Part shown: in pieces, positions 62,759 through 64,000 of the stretch | How positions within the stretch are numbered: position 1 is the first letter of the stretch | Layout: each line of letters starts with the position of its first letter | Origin: Octopus sinensis | Taxonomy: Eukaryota | DNA length: 64,000 nucleotides | NCBI RefSeq assembly: GCF_006345805.1 | Contig: NC_042999.1 | Span: forward strand, 40,734,001 to 40,798,000 | Reading direction: 5' to 3' | Position numbers and translations under genes: made by a program | The notes under the pieces: model-generated | What the model was told of the DNA's origin: nothing | Seen by the model: only the letters and a program-made list of their open reading frames with translations | Databases searched by the model: none

Positions 62759-64000
62759 CGGGAAGGTTACGAAAATAAACAAAAGACGAAGGCAGGTGGA
62801 GTACAAACAAACAATTGTATTAGTATGGCGCTCAGGAATAGAAATAAAACATACATACGACGGGCTTCTTTCAGTTTCCGTCTACCAAATCCACTTACAA
62901 GGCTTTGGTCGGCCCGAGGCTATAGTAGAAGACACTTCCCCAAGGTGCCACGCAGTGGAACTGAACCCGGAAATATGTGGTTCGTAAGCATATATAATAT
63001 ATAAACACACCAGCATCGGTTGTCAAGCGATGTTGGGGAGACAACACAGACACACAACATATACTCACATACATACACACACACTTCCCCAAGGTGCCAC
63101 GCAATGGGACTGAACCCGGAAACATGTGGTTCGTAAGCACAGCCACTCCTACGCTTATAACATCTTTTGAATATGTGTTGCATATTACGATTGGCAATAG
63201 TCGAAAACACACTTAAGGAAGAAATTCATGGTGGAAATGATGGAATGAAATATCAGCGTAGATGGTAAGCGAGAGACGTACAATCTTTTGCCCACATTGT
63301 GTAAATGAGTGTTATGTTCCTCGTAGAAATGAAAAGCCAATCCGTGCTATTCATTGTTACGATGGCATTCCTGGAAATAAATTTGCCGCCATCATAAGTA
63401 TGCATGTATGCGTGTGTGCGCGTCTATGTGTATGCGCTTGAGTGTGTTGGCGGGAAGGGCGTGCGAGTGTGTAAAGAAGACACTCCCAGTTCTAAATCAA
63501 AACAAAAGTTATTTGACATATCCAGACATTAACAAGAATAATAGACAAACACGCATATTTATGCGACCCATAAATATGAGTGTGTGTCTAAATGTATATA
63601 CCCCCATACATGCGCATACACAACATAACAAAACCAATTTAGGCAGATATACAGGCAAATTTACCCGAATGTCGGCACAAATACATAAGCAGTAACAAAT
63701 CTATTTATATGTATGGATATGTATATATACATATATGTATATATATATATATATAATATATATATATATATATTATATATATATATATATTATATATATA
63801 TATATAATATATAACGGGAAGGTTTACGAAAATAAACAAAAGACGAAGGCAGGTGGAGTACAAACAAACAATTGTATTAGTATGGCGCTCAGGAATAGAA
63901 ATAAAACATACATACGACGGGCTTTCAGTTTCCGTCTACCAAATCCACTTACAAGGCTTTGGTCGGCCCGAGGCTATAGTAGCAGACACTTCCCCAAGGT
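62150..64000 (-). mobile_element. Tandemly duplicated SINE family B units carrying an extra ~110 bp segment
   Basis: ATAACGGGAAGGTT(T)ACGAAAATAAACAAAAGACG..TACGACGGGC..GACACTTCCCCAAGG recurs at about 62320, 62755 and 63810. Confidence 0.88.

Overview
AT-rich, microsatellite-saturated animal DNA in which I recognise no host protein-coding exon. The SINE and repeat repertoire resembles what I recall from Octopus-like cephalopod genomes (inference, not checked). Content, all read by eye: (1) three copies of one Tx1-clade (L1 superfamily) non-LTR retrotransposon on the minus strand, all with their ends in (GATA)n/(TATC)n arrays; the largest has a CCHC ORF1 and an APE-RT ORF2. (2) A tRNA-derived SINE family whose 3' ~50 nt match the Tx1 3' end, plus three other SINE families. 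(3) About ten type I hammerhead-ribozyme motifs from about seven Penelope-like families, each with its own palindromic helix III; one has a compensatory U3-A8 core. Most lie in fold-back inverted repeats, including a ~4.5 kb palindrome next to a Penelope RT/GIY-YIG fragment. (4) R4/Dong-clade fragments and an unclassified ~520 bp unit in (AAT)n arrays. (5) A full-length decayed mariner, two RTE 3' fragments and a probable non-autonomous Helitron. The many single-base indels in young elements may be long-read errors, and perfect fold-backs could be assembly artefacts. Coordinates are hand-counted and may be off by a few bases.
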